A stretch of DNA of 64,000 nucleotides from an uncultured Actinomycetes bacterium (GCA_963813635.1 CAWEZO010000011.1:15941-79940); one strand, 5' to 3'; positions 27,695 to 37,840 are shown, counted from the stretch's first letter. Notes: generated by a model not told the origin, from the sequence alone. Made by a program: numbers and translations.

Positions 27695-29062
27695 ATGGAC
27701 CAGCGACGAGGGCTGCCGGCGGTCAGCGAGGTGCTCACGTCGCTCGACGGACTGCCACATGACCTCCTCTCGACCTGCGCGCGAGATGCCGTTGCCGCCG
27801 CCCGCATGAGGGTGGAAGCCGGTGAAGAGGTCACCACCGAGGAAGTGGTCGAAGACGCGCGCGTTCGCGCCCGTCGAGTCAGCACGGCGCTGTTGCGCCC
27901 TGTCATCAACGCGACCGGCGTGCTGTTGCACACCAACCTGGGCCGCGCCCCGCTTGGCGAGGATGCGCTCGACGCCGTCTATCAGGTGGGCTCCCGATAT
28001 TCCAATCTCGAGTACCGGCTCGATGCCGGCGAGCGCGGGTCGCGACACGAGCATGCCGGCACGCTGCTGGCCCAGGCGTGCGGTGCAGAGGCCGCAGTCG
28101 TCGTCAACAACAACGCCGCTGCGGTGCTGCTCTCGCTCGGCGCGCTCGCGCGTGGTCGTGAGGTCGTGGTGTCGCGAGGGGAGCTCGTGGAGATCGGCGG
28201 CGGGTTCCGGGTGCCCGAGATCATGGCGGAGTCGGGCTGCCGGCTCGTCGAGGTGGGCACCACCAATCGCACGCGCCTGGCCGACTATGCCGCCGCGATC
28301 AGCCCCGCCACCGCGCTGGTGCTCAAAGTGCACGCGTCGAACTATCGAATGGTCGGCTTCGTCGAGAGCACGCCGGTCGCGCAGTTGGCGACGCTCGGGC
28401 CACCGGTCATGGTCGACGCGGGTTCGGGTCTGCTCGACGCGACGACACCCTGGCTTCCCGTGCGCCCCGACTGGCTGCGCGACGAGCCCGGCGTGCGCCA
28501 GGCGATCGAGGACGCGCCCGACAGCGTTGTCACCTTCTCCGGCGACAAGCTCCTCGGTGGACCGCAGGCCGGCATCATCGTCGGACGGTCGAGTCACATC
28601 GCCGCCATCGCCGCACATCCGTTGGCGCGCGCGATGCGAGCCGACAAGATGACGCTGGCCGCGCTGCAATCCGTCGCGCTCACCTACCTGTCGGGCGATG
28701 CGACCTCGATCCCGCTGTGGCAGATGGCGCTCACGCCACGGCGTGAGCTGGAAGCGAGAGCCGAGGCGATCGCGACCCGGGTCGGCTTCGCGAAGGTGCT
28801 CGACACCGAAGCGGCCGCCGGTGGTGGCTCGCTCCCAGGGCTCACCATCCCGTCGGTGAGCGTCGCCATACAGACCGCCGGCCCGGCGGCTGCGCTCGCC
28901 GCGTTGCGCAACCACGGCATCGTCGCGCGGGTGGCCGACAACGCCGTCGTGTGCGACCTGCGCAGCGTGCATCCCGACGATGACAACGCGCTGGGCGACG
29001 CACTCCACCGGGTGGCATCGACCGCGTGTGCGGCGACACCGCCCGAGCGCGAGCTGAAGTAA
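27695..29062 (+). CDS. selA: L-seryl-tRNA(Sec) selenium transferase
   Basis: Start set to ATG 27695 (MDQRRGLPAVSEVL). Motifs VINATGVLLHTNLGRAPL, NNNAAAVLL, and the PLP-Lys motif FSGDKLLGGPQAG. Confidence 0.9.
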   Translation: MDQRRGLPAVSEVLTSLDGLPHDLLSTCARDAVAAARMRVEAGEEVTTEEVVEDARVRARRVSTALLRPVINATGVLLHTNLGRAPLGEDALDAVYQVGSRYSNLEYRLDAGERGSRHEHAGTLLAQACGAEAAVVVNNNAAAVLLSLGALARGREVVVSRGELVEIGGGFRVPEIMAESGCRLVEVGTTNRTRLADYAAAISPATALVLKVHASNYRMVGFVESTPVAQLATLGPPVMVDAGSGLLDATTPWLPVRPDWLRDEPGVRQAIEDAPDSVVTFSGDKLLGGPQAGIIVGRSSHIAAIAAHPLARAMRADKMTLAALQSVALTYLSGDATSIPLWQMALTPRRELEARAEAIATRVGFAKVLDTEAAAGGGSLPGLTIPSVSVAIQTAGPAAALAALRNHGIVARVADNAVVCDLRSVHPDDDNALGDALHRVASTACAATPPERELK

Positions 29063-30860
29063 TGCGCACGATTGCCACCGCCGGTCACGTCGACCACGGG
29101 AAATCATCGCTCGTGCGCGCGCTCACCGGCACCGATCCCGACCGGTTCCCCGAGGAGAAGACGCGCCGGCTCACGATCGACCTCGGATTCGCGTTCGCGA
29201 TGCTGCCATCCGGCGAAGAGGTCGGCTTCGTCGACGTGCCCGGTCACGTGCGGTTCATCAAGAACATGCTCGCCGGCGTCGGAGCAGTCGAGCTCGCGAT
29301 GCTCGTCGTCGCGGCAACCGAAGGATGGATGCCGCAGACCGAGGAGCACCTTCGGATCCTCGAGCTTCTCGAAGCGCGCGGCGTTCTCGTGGTGCTCACG
29401 AAGGCCGACCTCGTCGACGACGGGGTGCTCGACCTGGCTCGGCTCGAGCTCGACGAGCACCTGGCGCAGTCACGCTTTGCCGACGCAGCCGTCGTGACCT
29501 GCGACTCTCGCTCGGGCCGCGGGCTCGACGACGTGCGGCGGGCCCTCGACGCGCTGGTCGCCGCGTCTCCGCTCCCCGCCGATCGGAATCGGCCGCGGCT
29601 GTGGGTGGACCGCGTGTTCGTGGCGCGCGGCGTGGGCACCGTGGTGACCGGCACGCTCGCCGGCGGCGCGCTGCACGTCGACGACCAGGTTGAGGTCGGG
29701 GCGCGTCGCCGACGCGGCCCGCGTGCGCGGCATCGAGACGGCCAAACGTCCACTCACACGCGCCGCGCTGCGGACGCGCGTCGGGCTGAACCTCGCCGGC
29801 ATCGATCACGACGAGGTGATTCGCGGTGACGCCGTCGTGCGGCCCGGCCAGTGGCTGACGACCGATGTCGTCGACCTCGCGCTGCAAACCTTCGGCGACT
29901 CGCCGTTCCCGGATCGGGCGACCGTGCACGTGCACCTGGGATCAGGCGAGCATCGGGGCCGGCTGCGGGTCCTCGATCCTGCTCGCCGCTTCGGCCGGCT
30001 CCGATTCGACGCTCCGGTGCTCGTCGCGCCGGGCGATCGCCTGGTCGTGCGCGAGCCGGGCCGCAACGCGATCCTGGGCGGGGCCGAGGTGCTCGAGGTC
30101 TCCCCGACCGCGCGGTACGAAGGCGGCCGCCGCGCAGCTCGAGCTCCCGCCGGCCGCCCGACTGCTCGCCGGCCACCCGTGGCTCGTCGGTTCCGAGATC
30201 GGCGCGCACACCGGGCTCGGCGACGATCAGGTCACGCAGCTCGTGCAGCAGTGGTTGGCAAACGGAGCGGCGCGGCAACTCGGTCCGTGGATTGTCAGTC
30301 GCGCCTCGTTCGAGGATCTCCACGATCAAGTGCGCGAGCTGGTGCTACAGCATCATCTGCAGAATCCACTCGGACCGGGCCCGGCCGTCACCGCGCTCGC
30401 GATGGCAGCCGGTCTCGACGCCGGTCGGATGCGACTCGCGCTCGAATCGTTCGATGACCTGACCGTCGAACACGGAGAAGTGCGGCTGTGGACACATCAG
30501 CGCACGGCCGAGTCCGACGAAGCGCGGGTACTTGTCGCGGCACTCGACTCGCAACCGTTCGCTCCGCCCGATCCGAACGAGCTCGGCGCCGACGACGCGC
30601 TCGTGCGCACACTCGTCCGCGAAGGCGTGCTCGTCGATCTCGAGGGCATTGTGTTCACGGCGCGCGCACTTGCCGACGCGCGGGCACGAGTGCAGACAGC
30701 GCTCGGGGATGGCGGTGCGCTGACCGTCGCCGACGCACGCGATCTGCTCGGCTCGACGCGCAAGTTCGTGCTCGCGATCCTCAAGCGGCTCGATGACGAC
30801 GGCGTCACCCGGCGTGAAGGCGATAACAGGTTTGCGGGACGGGCAACCGTTGCGCGTTGA
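29062..30860 (+). CDS. selB: Selenocysteine-specific elongation factor; two apparent +1 frameshifts (about 29695-29705 and 30110-30135)
   Basis: ATG 29062 overlaps the selA stop (TAATG). G domain [27 protein letters not shown]. Domains II-IV continue in ORF 29690..30457 ([40 protein letters not shown]) and then ORF 29865..30860 (winged-helix tail ...[26 protein letters not shown]). Confidence 0.85.
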
Positions 30861-30878
30861 CCGGCACCGACGTCGGAA

Positions 30879-31160
30879 TCAGTGCGGTGCGGCTTGACCG
30901 ATCTCCTGGGCGGCGACGAGCGCGCGGCGCTCGGCTTCGTTGAGGCCACCCCAGATGCCATGCGGCTCACGAATGCTCATGGCGTACTCGAGGCACGGTT
31001 CCCGCACCGCGCACTCCCGGCAGATGGCTTTGGCCCGCTGCTCGCGCGCTTCGCGGTCGTCGCGGCGCTCAGGTGAGGTGGGCGGGAAGAACAACACCGA
31101 CTCCGGCCCTCGGCATGCCGCTCGTATCTGCCAGGTTCGCTCCAGCGTCCCGACGACCAC
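30879..31160 (-). CDS. whiB: WhiB-family [4Fe-4S] transcription factor
   Basis: Start set to GTG 31160, 4 nt after AGGAGGG. Four Cys (AACRG, AICRECAVREPC) and the GIWGG turn. Confidence 0.85.
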   Translation of the reverse strand: MVVGTLERTWQIRAACRGPESVLFFPPTSPERRDDREAREQRAKAICRECAVREPCLEYAMSIREPHGIWGGLNEAERRALVAAQEIGQAAPH

Positions 31161-31295
31161 CGACCCTCCTCGTTTCCTGTGGGCCCCAACGCGTCTCCGC
31201 CCCCCCGGGCTGAACTGTGGCGAACCTATACCGGGCTTCACGGCCCGACAAGAGGCCATTTCGGACGATGGGAACCGCGCGCCGCGGCGTGTGGC

Positions 31296-32750
31296 TCAGG
31301 CCGGCGTGGTCTTGGAGCCGCCGCGGCTTTCGCGGTGGTCACGAGCCCCGCCGGTCTCGGGCTCGACCTCGAGCACGAGGCCGACGACCTCGACCACCCG
31401 GACCCGATCGCCCGCCTTGATCGGCGTCGCCCGGTTGGTGCGGGCGCGCCACCGTGCACCACGGATCGTGACGACCCCGTCGGGGTCGATGTCGGCCTCG
31501 GCATCGCCCAGCTCGCCGATGATCGCGCTCCGTCCGATCGTGGGCGTCGAGAACCGGGCCCGGATCATCGCGGTCATCCCCCACAACATGAACAGCGCGG
31601 TGCCACCACATACGACGACGATGATCCACCAGCGAGGATCGAGTCGCGACGAACCCCCGTACAACGTGAGCGACCCGGCGACGAGCGAGACGCCACCGAT
31701 GATCGTCCACGCGCCCAACCCGCCGGCTTGCACGTCGACGGCGAAGCCGAAGAGCCCGAGCATCAGCAGCCCGGCCGCCCACCAGTGCACCGGGAGGTGC
31801 GAGAACCCGACGAGTGCGCCGACCAGCGCAATCGCGCCGGTGAGGCCGGCGAGCCCGATCGCCGCGGTGTAGAACTCGAAGATCATCAATGCGAGCCCGA
31901 ACACGAACAACATGTAGGCGACCGACGGACTGATCAGCGTGTGCAACGAACGGCCGTCGAGACTGAGCCCGGCGAAGACGGCCTCTTGCCTCGGCTGCCG
32001 GCGCCGTCCGCGGCCCTTGCCCACGACTGTGGCCGTCGACAGCTTCACGGTGCCTGTGGCCGTCTTCACCGTGGTCCCGTCGAGCCCGACGATCAGCTCC
32101 CCGAGTGTGGGCCGCACCGTGTTGGTTGCGCGGACACGAGCCGCGGCGTCGGCTGAGAGGCGCTTCGAGACGAGCCGGCGCGCGCCCGCTGGGCTCCGGC
32201 CGTGCAGCGACGCGAGATGCGCCAGTTGGTCGCGGATCACGCGGTCGTTCGGAGACGACGGGTGATCAAGGAGGAGCGGAGACGCCGGGCCGATGCCCGA
32301 GCCCGACGACACCGACGCAACGTGCGACGCCTCGACGATCAATGCCGCGACGCCTTTTGCCTTGGCCCCCGAGGGCCCGACCCACGCGACGACGGGCACG
32401 CTTGATCGCGAGATGTCACGCACGATCGATTGCACATCGACGTCGACTCCGCCGCTCGAGTCGATCTGCAACATCAGGGCCGTCGACCGGCGCGTGTTGG
32501 CATCGCGGATCGCGCGGCGGATCAGCGAAGCGTTCGGCGTGTCGATGAGACCCTGGACTTGCACCACATTGATCGGGTGTTGCGCGGCGCTGCGGGCGGG
32601 CCGCGCGGCACGCGCTCCGGATTCCCCGGAGTCGACCGCCGCACTCGCGACGTCGGCCAGGAGAATGACGGCGGCCACCACAACTGCAGCGAGAGCGACG
32701 AGACGCCGGCTGCGTGATCGCAGAACGGGCCGTGACATCAGCGCTCCCAT
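31296..32750 (-). CDS. NfeD-like membrane-bound ClpP-class serine protease (long form with C-terminal OB domain)
   Basis: Start ATG 32750 or 32738 (MSRPVLRS). Signal/TM, ClpP-like domain (INVVQVQGLIDTPNASLIRRAI...LQIDSSGG), four TM helices, and a C-terminal NfeD OB-fold (GVVTIRGARWRARTNRATPIKAGDRVRVVEV). Confidence 0.75.
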   Translation of the reverse strand: MGALMSRPVLRSRSRRLVALAAVVVAAVILLADVASAAVDSGESGARAARPARSAAQHPINVVQVQGLIDTPNASLIRRAIRDANTRRSTALMLQIDSSGGVDVDVQSIVRDISRSSVPVVAWVGPSGAKAKGVAALIVEASHVASVSSGSGIGPASPLLLDHPSSPNDRVIRDQLAHLASLHGRSPAGARRLVSKRLSADAAARVRATNTVRPTLGELIVGLDGTTVKTATGTVKLSTATVVGKGRGRRRQPRQEAVFAGLSLDGRSLHTLISPSVAYMLFVFGLALMIFEFYTAAIGLAGLTGAIALVGALVGFSHLPVHWWAAGLLMLGLFGFAVDVQAGGLGAWTIIGGVSLVAGSLTLYGGSSRLDPRWWIIVVVCGGTALFMLWGMTAMIRARFSTPTIGRSAIIGELGDAEADIDPDGVVTIRGARWRARTNRATPIKAGDRVRVVEVVGLVLEVEPETGGARDHRESRGGSKTTPA

Positions 32751-32763
32751 AGCATGACCGGCG

Positions 32764-33702
32764 ATGGAGCTCTCATCCTTCTGCTCCACCTCCCGGGTCG
32801 TGATCGTGGCGGGCAAGGGCGGCGTCGGAAAGACCACCGTCACCTCCGCCCTGGCCACCGTCGCAGCCCGAGCAGGGTCGAGCGTGCTGATCGTGGAGGT
32901 CGAAGGCAAATCGGGCCTCGCGTCGGGTTTCGGCGTGCCCCCGCTCATCTACGAGGAGGCGGAGCTCGCACCCGGCATCCGGGCCCGCACGCTCACCCCC
33001 GACCAGGCGCTGATCGACTACCTGCAACGCCGCGGCCTGAACCGCATCTCGAAGCGGCTGGTCAACTCGGGCGCGCTCGATGTCGTCGCGACCGCCGTTC
33101 CCGGCATGAAAGACATCCTTGTGCTCGGCAAGGTGAAGCAACTCGAGCAACTGGACGCCGCCGACCTCATCCTGATCGACGCGCCGGCGGCGGGCCACGC
33201 GATCACGTTCCTGCTGTCGGCACGCGGGCTGCTCGACGCCGTTCGCGTCGGTCCGGTCCGCAAGCAGGCGGCCGAAGTCGTCGAGATGCTTGCCGACCCC
33301 GCGCGGTGTCAGGTGCTGATGGTTACGCTCCCCGAGGAGACACCGGTCAACGAGCTCGTCGAGACCGCGTACACCATCGAGGAGCGAGCCGGCGTCAGGC
33401 TCGGCCCTGTCATCGTCAACGGGTGTTATGAAGACCGCGCGGTCGACGGATCGCTCGACCAAGTCCGCAAGGATGCCGACCGCCTCGAGGTGTTCGTCTC
33501 CGACCGTGAAGCCGCCGACCTCATCGCCGCGGCGCGTTTCCGCACTCAGCGTCAGGAATTGCAGCGCCACCAGATCGAGCGATTGCGCGAGCAGCTCCCG
33601 CTCCCGCAGCTGCGACTGCCGTTCCTCTTCTCTGCTGACGTCGGCGCGCACGAGATCGAGACGCTTGCCGACGCGCTTGCCAACGAGATCGGCACGCTGT
33701 GA
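32764..33702 (+). CDS. ArsA/Get3-like P-loop ATPase (anion-transporting ATPase family), first of a pair
   Basis: 312-aa ORF. Deviant Walker A VAGKGGVGKTTV, then DAPAAGH. Confidence 0.8.
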   Translation: MELSSFCSTSRVVIVAGKGGVGKTTVTSALATVAARAGSSVLIVEVEGKSGLASGFGVPPLIYEEAELAPGIRARTLTPDQALIDYLQRRGLNRISKRLVNSGALDVVATAVPGMKDILVLGKVKQLEQLDAADLILIDAPAAGHAITFLLSARGLLDAVRVGPVRKQAAEVVEMLADPARCQVLMVTLPEETPVNELVETAYTIEERAGVRLGPVIVNGCYEDRAVDGSLDQVRKDADRLEVFVSDREAADLIAAARFRTQRQELQRHQIERLREQLPLPQLRLPFLFSADVGAHEIETLADALANEIGTL

Positions 33703-34886
33703 GCACGCCCGACCCGTTCTCCGCGCTCGTCGAGCAGCGCCATGTGCTCGTGTGCTGCGGCACCGGCGGCGTCGGCAAGACCACGACTGCGGCCGTGCTC
33801 GCGCTCGAAGGAGCGCGTCGGGGCCGGCGCTCCGTTGTGGTCACGATCGATCCGGCGCGCCGCCTCGCCAACACCCTCGGGCTCGACGAGCTCTCCAACG
33901 AGCCGCATGAGATCGATCGCGCGCAATGGGATCCCGCGGGCGACGCGCCGAAGTCGGCGAGCGTCTCGGCGTTGATGCTCGACACGAAGTCGACTTTCGA
34001 CGCGTTGGTGTGGAAGTACGCGGCGACGGAGGATCAGGCCGAGCGGATCCTCGCCAACCGGTTCTACCGCAACATCTCGGGAGCCCTCGGGGGCACGCAG
34101 GAATACATGGCCATGGAGAAGCTGCACGAGCTCGACGAGGACGGGTCGTTCGACCTCATCGTCGTCGACACGCCGCCGACACGCCATGCGCTCGAGTTCC
34201 TCGACGCGCCCGCCCGTCTCACGCGCATGCTCGACAACCGAATCTTCCGGCTGCTCATGGTGCCGACTCGCGTCTACCTTCGAGTCGCGAGCGTGGCGGT
34301 CACAACCTTCCTCCGAACGGTGTCGCGCGTCGTGGGCTCGGAGGTGATCGACGACATCGTCGCGTTCTTCCGTGCATTCGAGGGCATGGAGGAAGGCTTT
34401 CGATCGCGGGCGCAGGGCGTGCAGGATCTGCTCGCCGACCACTCGACCGGGTTCGTGCTCGTCACGACGCCGGGCCGTGATGCGGTGGAGGAGTCGAGCT
34501 ACTTCGCGAACGAGCTGAGCGAGCACGACATCGGGGTTGCCGCGCTCGTGGTCAATCGCATCCATCCCCGTTTCGGGACGGAGCGCCCCGAAGGCCTTCG
34601 GGCGCGGGCCGCGACGCTGGCCGGAATGGCGGAGTCGGGCGATCCGGAGGTGCACGCGGCAGCCACCCGCCTGCACGCGCTGTACGCGAACCTCGCCGAC
34701 TTCGTCGAGGTCGCCGAGCGCGAGCTGGGCCACGTCGCCGGTGTGCGCGAGCGCGTCGGCTTCGCCGCCGTGGGCTACGTGCCGTACCTGTCCAGCGACG
34801 TCCACGATTTCAAGGCGCTCGAGGCCGTCGGCCGGTTGCTCTTCGGCGGTTCGCCCTCTGCGGTGGTGGAGATGGGCGCGGGCTAG
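33699..34886 (+). CDS. ArsA/Get3-like P-loop ATPase, second of the pair
   Basis: 395-aa ORF overlapping the previous stop by 4 nt. CCGTGGVGKTTT, TIDPARRLANTLG, DTPPTRHAL. Confidence 0.8.
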   Translation: MSTPDPFSALVEQRHVLVCCGTGGVGKTTTAAVLALEGARRGRRSVVVTIDPARRLANTLGLDELSNEPHEIDRAQWDPAGDAPKSASVSALMLDTKSTFDALVWKYAATEDQAERILANRFYRNISGALGGTQEYMAMEKLHELDEDGSFDLIVVDTPPTRHALEFLDAPARLTRMLDNRIFRLLMVPTRVYLRVASVAVTTFLRTVSRVVGSEVIDDIVAFFRAFEGMEEGFRSRAQGVQDLLADHSTGFVLVTTPGRDAVEESSYFANELSEHDIGVAALVVNRIHPRFGTERPEGLRARAATLAGMAESGDPEVHAAATRLHALYANLADFVEVAERELGHVAGVRERVGFAAVGYVPYLSSDVHDFKALEAVGRLLFGGSPSAVVEMGAG

Positions 34887-34895
34887 CCTCCGACG

Positions 34896-35276
34896 ATGAC
34901 GAAGATCATGGTCGCCTCCGACGCACGCTGGATACGAGAGCAGGTCCGCACCGCGTTCGTCGCGCCCGGTCAGCGGGTCATCGAGGTCGAGCATGGCCGC
35001 GAGGTCCGCGACGCGGTCGGTCGCGAGCACCCCGACCTCGTCATCCTCGACCTGCAGATCGGCAGCATGGGCGGCTTCGCCGTGGCGATCGATCTGCACC
35101 TCGAAGCCACCGCCGGCCGCTTGCCTGCTGCGCCGATCCTCTTGTTGCTCGATCGCGAAGCGGATCGGTTCCTCGCCAAACGCGCCGACGCGGCCGCCGC
35201 GCTGCTGAAGCCGATCGATGCCGGCGTGCTACGTCGCACTGCCAAGTCGCTGCTTGCCGAGCGCGCTGCGGGATAG
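34896..35276 (+). CDS. Stand-alone response-regulator receiver domain protein
   Basis: 126-aa ORF. The Asp pocket (VASD, LVILDLQIGSMGG) and LLKPI fit a CheY-like fold. No output domain. Confidence 0.7.
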   Translation: MTKIMVASDARWIREQVRTAFVAPGQRVIEVEHGREVRDAVGREHPDLVILDLQIGSMGGFAVAIDLHLEATAGRLPAAPILLLLDREADRFLAKRADAAAALLKPIDAGVLRRTAKSLLAERAAG

Positions 35277-35328
35277 CGGTATCGGCAGGGAGCGTCATCC
35301 GGGGTGGGCGCTACACTCGCCATCCCTT

Positions 35329-35406
35329 CGGGATGTGGCGCAGTTTGGTTAGCGCGCAGCGTTCGGGACGCTGAGGCCCCGGGTTCAAATCCCGGCATCC
35401 CGACCA
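35329..35406 (+). tRNA. tRNA-Pro (anticodon CGG), CCA encoded
   Basis: Hand fold. Acceptor CGGGATG/CATCCCG. D arm GCGC-AGTTTGGTTA-GCGC. Anticodon arm CAGCG-TTCGGGA-CGCTG. T arm CCGGG-TTCAAAT-CCCGG. Ends in A-CCA. Confidence 0.9.
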
Positions 35407-35426
35407 AGAGCGCACCGCCGATCCAC

Positions 35427-35475
35427 GTTTACTCGAGGATTTCCCCGGTATTTGGCGGTAATACCTCGAGTAAAC
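35427..35475. terminator. AT-richer 12-bp inverted repeat between tRNA-Pro and asd (bidirectional terminator candidate)
   Basis: GTTTACTCGAGG (35427-35438) and CCTCGAGTAAAC (35464-35475) are perfect complements with a 25-nt loop. Confidence 0.5.
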
Positions 35476-35495
35476 GAGCTTTGGACAAGGCTTGC

Positions 35496-36527
35496 CTACA
35501 TGTGCAGCAGGACCTCGGCCATCTGCACCGCATTGAGGGCGGCGCCCTTGCGGAGGTTGTCGCCGGTGACCCAGAGATCGAGTGTGCTTGCCTGCGACGG
35601 GTCTTCGCGCAACCTGCCGACGAGCACCGGATCGATGCCCGCCGCCTCGAGCGGAGTGGGGTATCCCGCGCCACCATCGACGAGCTGCACGCCGGGCGCC
35701 GCCTCGAGCAACGCGGCCGCTTCGTCGCGCGACAGTGCGCGACGAAGCTTCAGGTTGGCTGACATCGCGTGACCGACGTACACCGGCACACGCACGCACG
35801 TCGCGCTCACGGCAAGCTCGGGCGCGTGCAGGATCTTGCGGCTCTCGTGTCTGAGCTTCCATTCCTCCGATGTCGAACCGTCGTCGCGCATCGACCCGGC
35901 GAGTGGGATCACGTTGCCGGCGATCGGACGGTCCCACACGTCGCCCGGCGCGACCGCGCCGTCGATCGCGCCGGCGCGCCGGAAGCGCTCCGCTTGGCCG
36001 TCGCCTTTCGTCCACTGCTCGTCGAGCTCGTGCACGCCGACCTGGCCGGCGCCCGACACCGATTGATACGTGGACACGACCATGCGCTCGATCCCCGCTG
36101 CGTGGTGCAGCGGCGCGAGCGCGGTGACGAGCACCATCGTGGTGCAGTTGGGGCATGACGCGATGCCCTTGGGCATCGACCCGAGGTCTTCGGGGTTCAC
36201 TTCGGCAACCACCAGCGGCACGTCGGGATCCATGCGGAACGCGGCTGACTTGTCGATTACGAGTGCGCCCGCCGCGGCCGCCTTGGGAGCCCACTCCTCT
36301 GACAGCGGATCCTCCACATCGACGAACACAAAATCGAGGCCGTCGAAACACCCGTCGCGCAGCACCTGACATGCAACCTCGCCGTGGACGAATGGCAGGT
36401 TGCGCCCCTCGGAACGTGCTGATGCGTACGCGCGCAGCTCATCGACCGGAAACGAGTGCTCCGCGAGAACGCGCAGCATCTCGCCGCCGACCAGCCCGGT
36501 CGCGCCAACCACGCCCACGCGAGCCAC
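35496..36527 (-). CDS. asd: Aspartate-semialdehyde dehydrogenase
   Basis: Start set to GTG 36527 (VARVGVVGATGLVGGEM), with GGAGGA inside the end of ask. Active-site motif SCPNCTT. QSVSGAG also present. Confidence 0.9.
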   Translation of the reverse strand: MARVGVVGATGLVGGEMLRVLAEHSFPVDELRAYASARSEGRNLPFVHGEVACQVLRDGCFDGLDFVFVDVEDPLSEEWAPKAAAAGALVIDKSAAFRMDPDVPLVVAEVNPEDLGSMPKGIASCPNCTTMVLVTALAPLHHAAGIERMVVSTYQSVSGAGQVGVHELDEQWTKGDGQAERFRRAGAIDGAVAPGDVWDRPIAGNVIPLAGSMRDDGSTSEEWKLRHESRKILHAPELAVSATCVRVPVYVGHAMSANLKLRRALSRDEAAALLEAAPGVQLVDGGAGYPTPLEAAGIDPVLVGRLREDPSQASTLDLWVTGDNLRKGAALNAVQMAEVLLHM

Positions 36528-36532
36528 GGCGG

Positions 36533-37750
36533 CTAGTCCTCCCCGAGCGCGAAGGCGCGATGTAGCGCCCGCACCGCGAGCTCGACGTCGGCCGATCCGA
36601 CGACACACGAGATACGGATCGATGACGTGGAGATCATCTCGATGTTGATCTGCTCCGCCGCCAGCACTTCGAACATCTGCGCCGCAACGCCGGGATGCGT
36701 TCTCATCCCCGCGCCGACGAGTGACACGCGGCCGATATCCGGATCGTGGGTGATGCCGCTGGCCTCGACGTCGGCCACGACTTTGTCGAGCACGCCGAGC
36801 GTGCGCGTGAGGTCGTCGCGCGGCACGGTGAACGAGATGTCGGTGTGACCGGCGGTCGAGACGTTCTGCACGATCATGTCGACGTTGACCGACTCGTCGG
36901 CAAGGGTACGGAACACCTTGGCCGCGATTCCGGGCCGGTCGGGCACCTGCTCGATCGTGACTTTGGCCTCGGAGGCGTCGTGACTGACCCCCGAGATGAT
37001 TGCGTGCTCCATCGACGGATCATCCTCTCCTACCCACGTGCCCGGCTCCCACGTGAAGCTCGAACGCACGTGCACCGGCACACCATGGTTGCGCGCGAAC
37101 TCGACCGCGCGTAGCGCAAGCACTTTTCCCCCTGTCGCAGCCAGGTCGAGCATCTCCTCGTACGTCAGGCGGGGCAGCCGGCGCGCCTCGGGCACGATCC
37201 GCGGATCCGCCGTGAAGACCCCCGCGACGTCGGTGTAGATCTCGCACGCCTCTGCACCCAGCTCCGCCGCCAGCGCGACCGCAGTCGTGTCGGAGCCGCC
37301 GCGGCCGAGGGTCGTGATCGCCGCGGCGGTCGAGACGCCCTGGAATCCCGCGACCACCGCAACACACCCGTCGTCGACTGCGGCGCGAATACGGTCGGCC
37401 CGCACCTCGAGGATCTTGGCCCGGCCGTGGTCGGCGTCGGTGACGATGCCGGCCTGTGATCCGGTGAACGAAACGGCGGCCTCACCCTGATCGATGATCG
37501 CCATGCACAGCAGAGCAATCGAGATTCGCTCACCCGAGGTGAGGAGCATGTCGAGCTCACGCGCCGCCGGTGCCTGTGAGACATCTCGCGCGAGGCGCAC
37601 CAGGTCGTCGGTCGTCTTGCCCATCGCCGAGACGACCACAATGACGTCCTTGCCTTCGCGCCTCGTGCGCACGATGTGCTCGGCAACGGATCTGATCCGT
37701 CCGGGATCGGCCACCGACGTGCCACCGAATTTCTGCACGAGAAGGGTCAC
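36533..37750 (-). CDS. lysC: Aspartate kinase
   Basis: Start set to GTG 37750 ([13 protein letters not shown]). Motifs [13 protein letters not shown] and [13 protein letters not shown], with two C-terminal ACT-like repeats. Confidence 0.9.
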   Translation of the reverse strand: MTLLVQKFGGTSVADPGRIRSVAEHIVRTRREGKDVIVVVSAMGKTTDDLVRLARDVSQAPAARELDMLLTSGERISIALLCMAIIDQGEAAVSFTGSQAGIVTDADHGRAKILEVRADRIRAAVDDGCVAVVAGFQGVSTAAAITTLGRGGSDTTAVALAAELGAEACEIYTDVAGVFTADPRIVPEARRLPRLTYEEMLDLAATGGKVLALRAVEFARNHGVPVHVRSSFTWEPGTWVGEDDPSMEHAIISGVSHDASEAKVTIEQVPDRPGIAAKVFRTLADESVNVDMIVQNVSTAGHTDISFTVPRDDLTRTLGVLDKVVADVEASGITHDPDIGRVSLVGAGMRTHPGVAAQMFEVLAAEQINIEMISTSSIRISCVVGSADVELAVRALHRAFALGED

Positions 37751-37840
37751 GCGGGCACGGTACCAGCGGCCTCCAGCCGGGCTTTCGTCATTTGCGCCGC
37801 GGTCACGACGCCACTGTGGACGTCGGTAGACTTTCCGCCC

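Noticed and set aside
26702-29107. 801-aa minus-strand ORF spanning the selA region
   Set aside because: Only the last 275 residues (MBL-fold hydrolase, start 27529) look like protein. The rest is the antisense shadow of selA.
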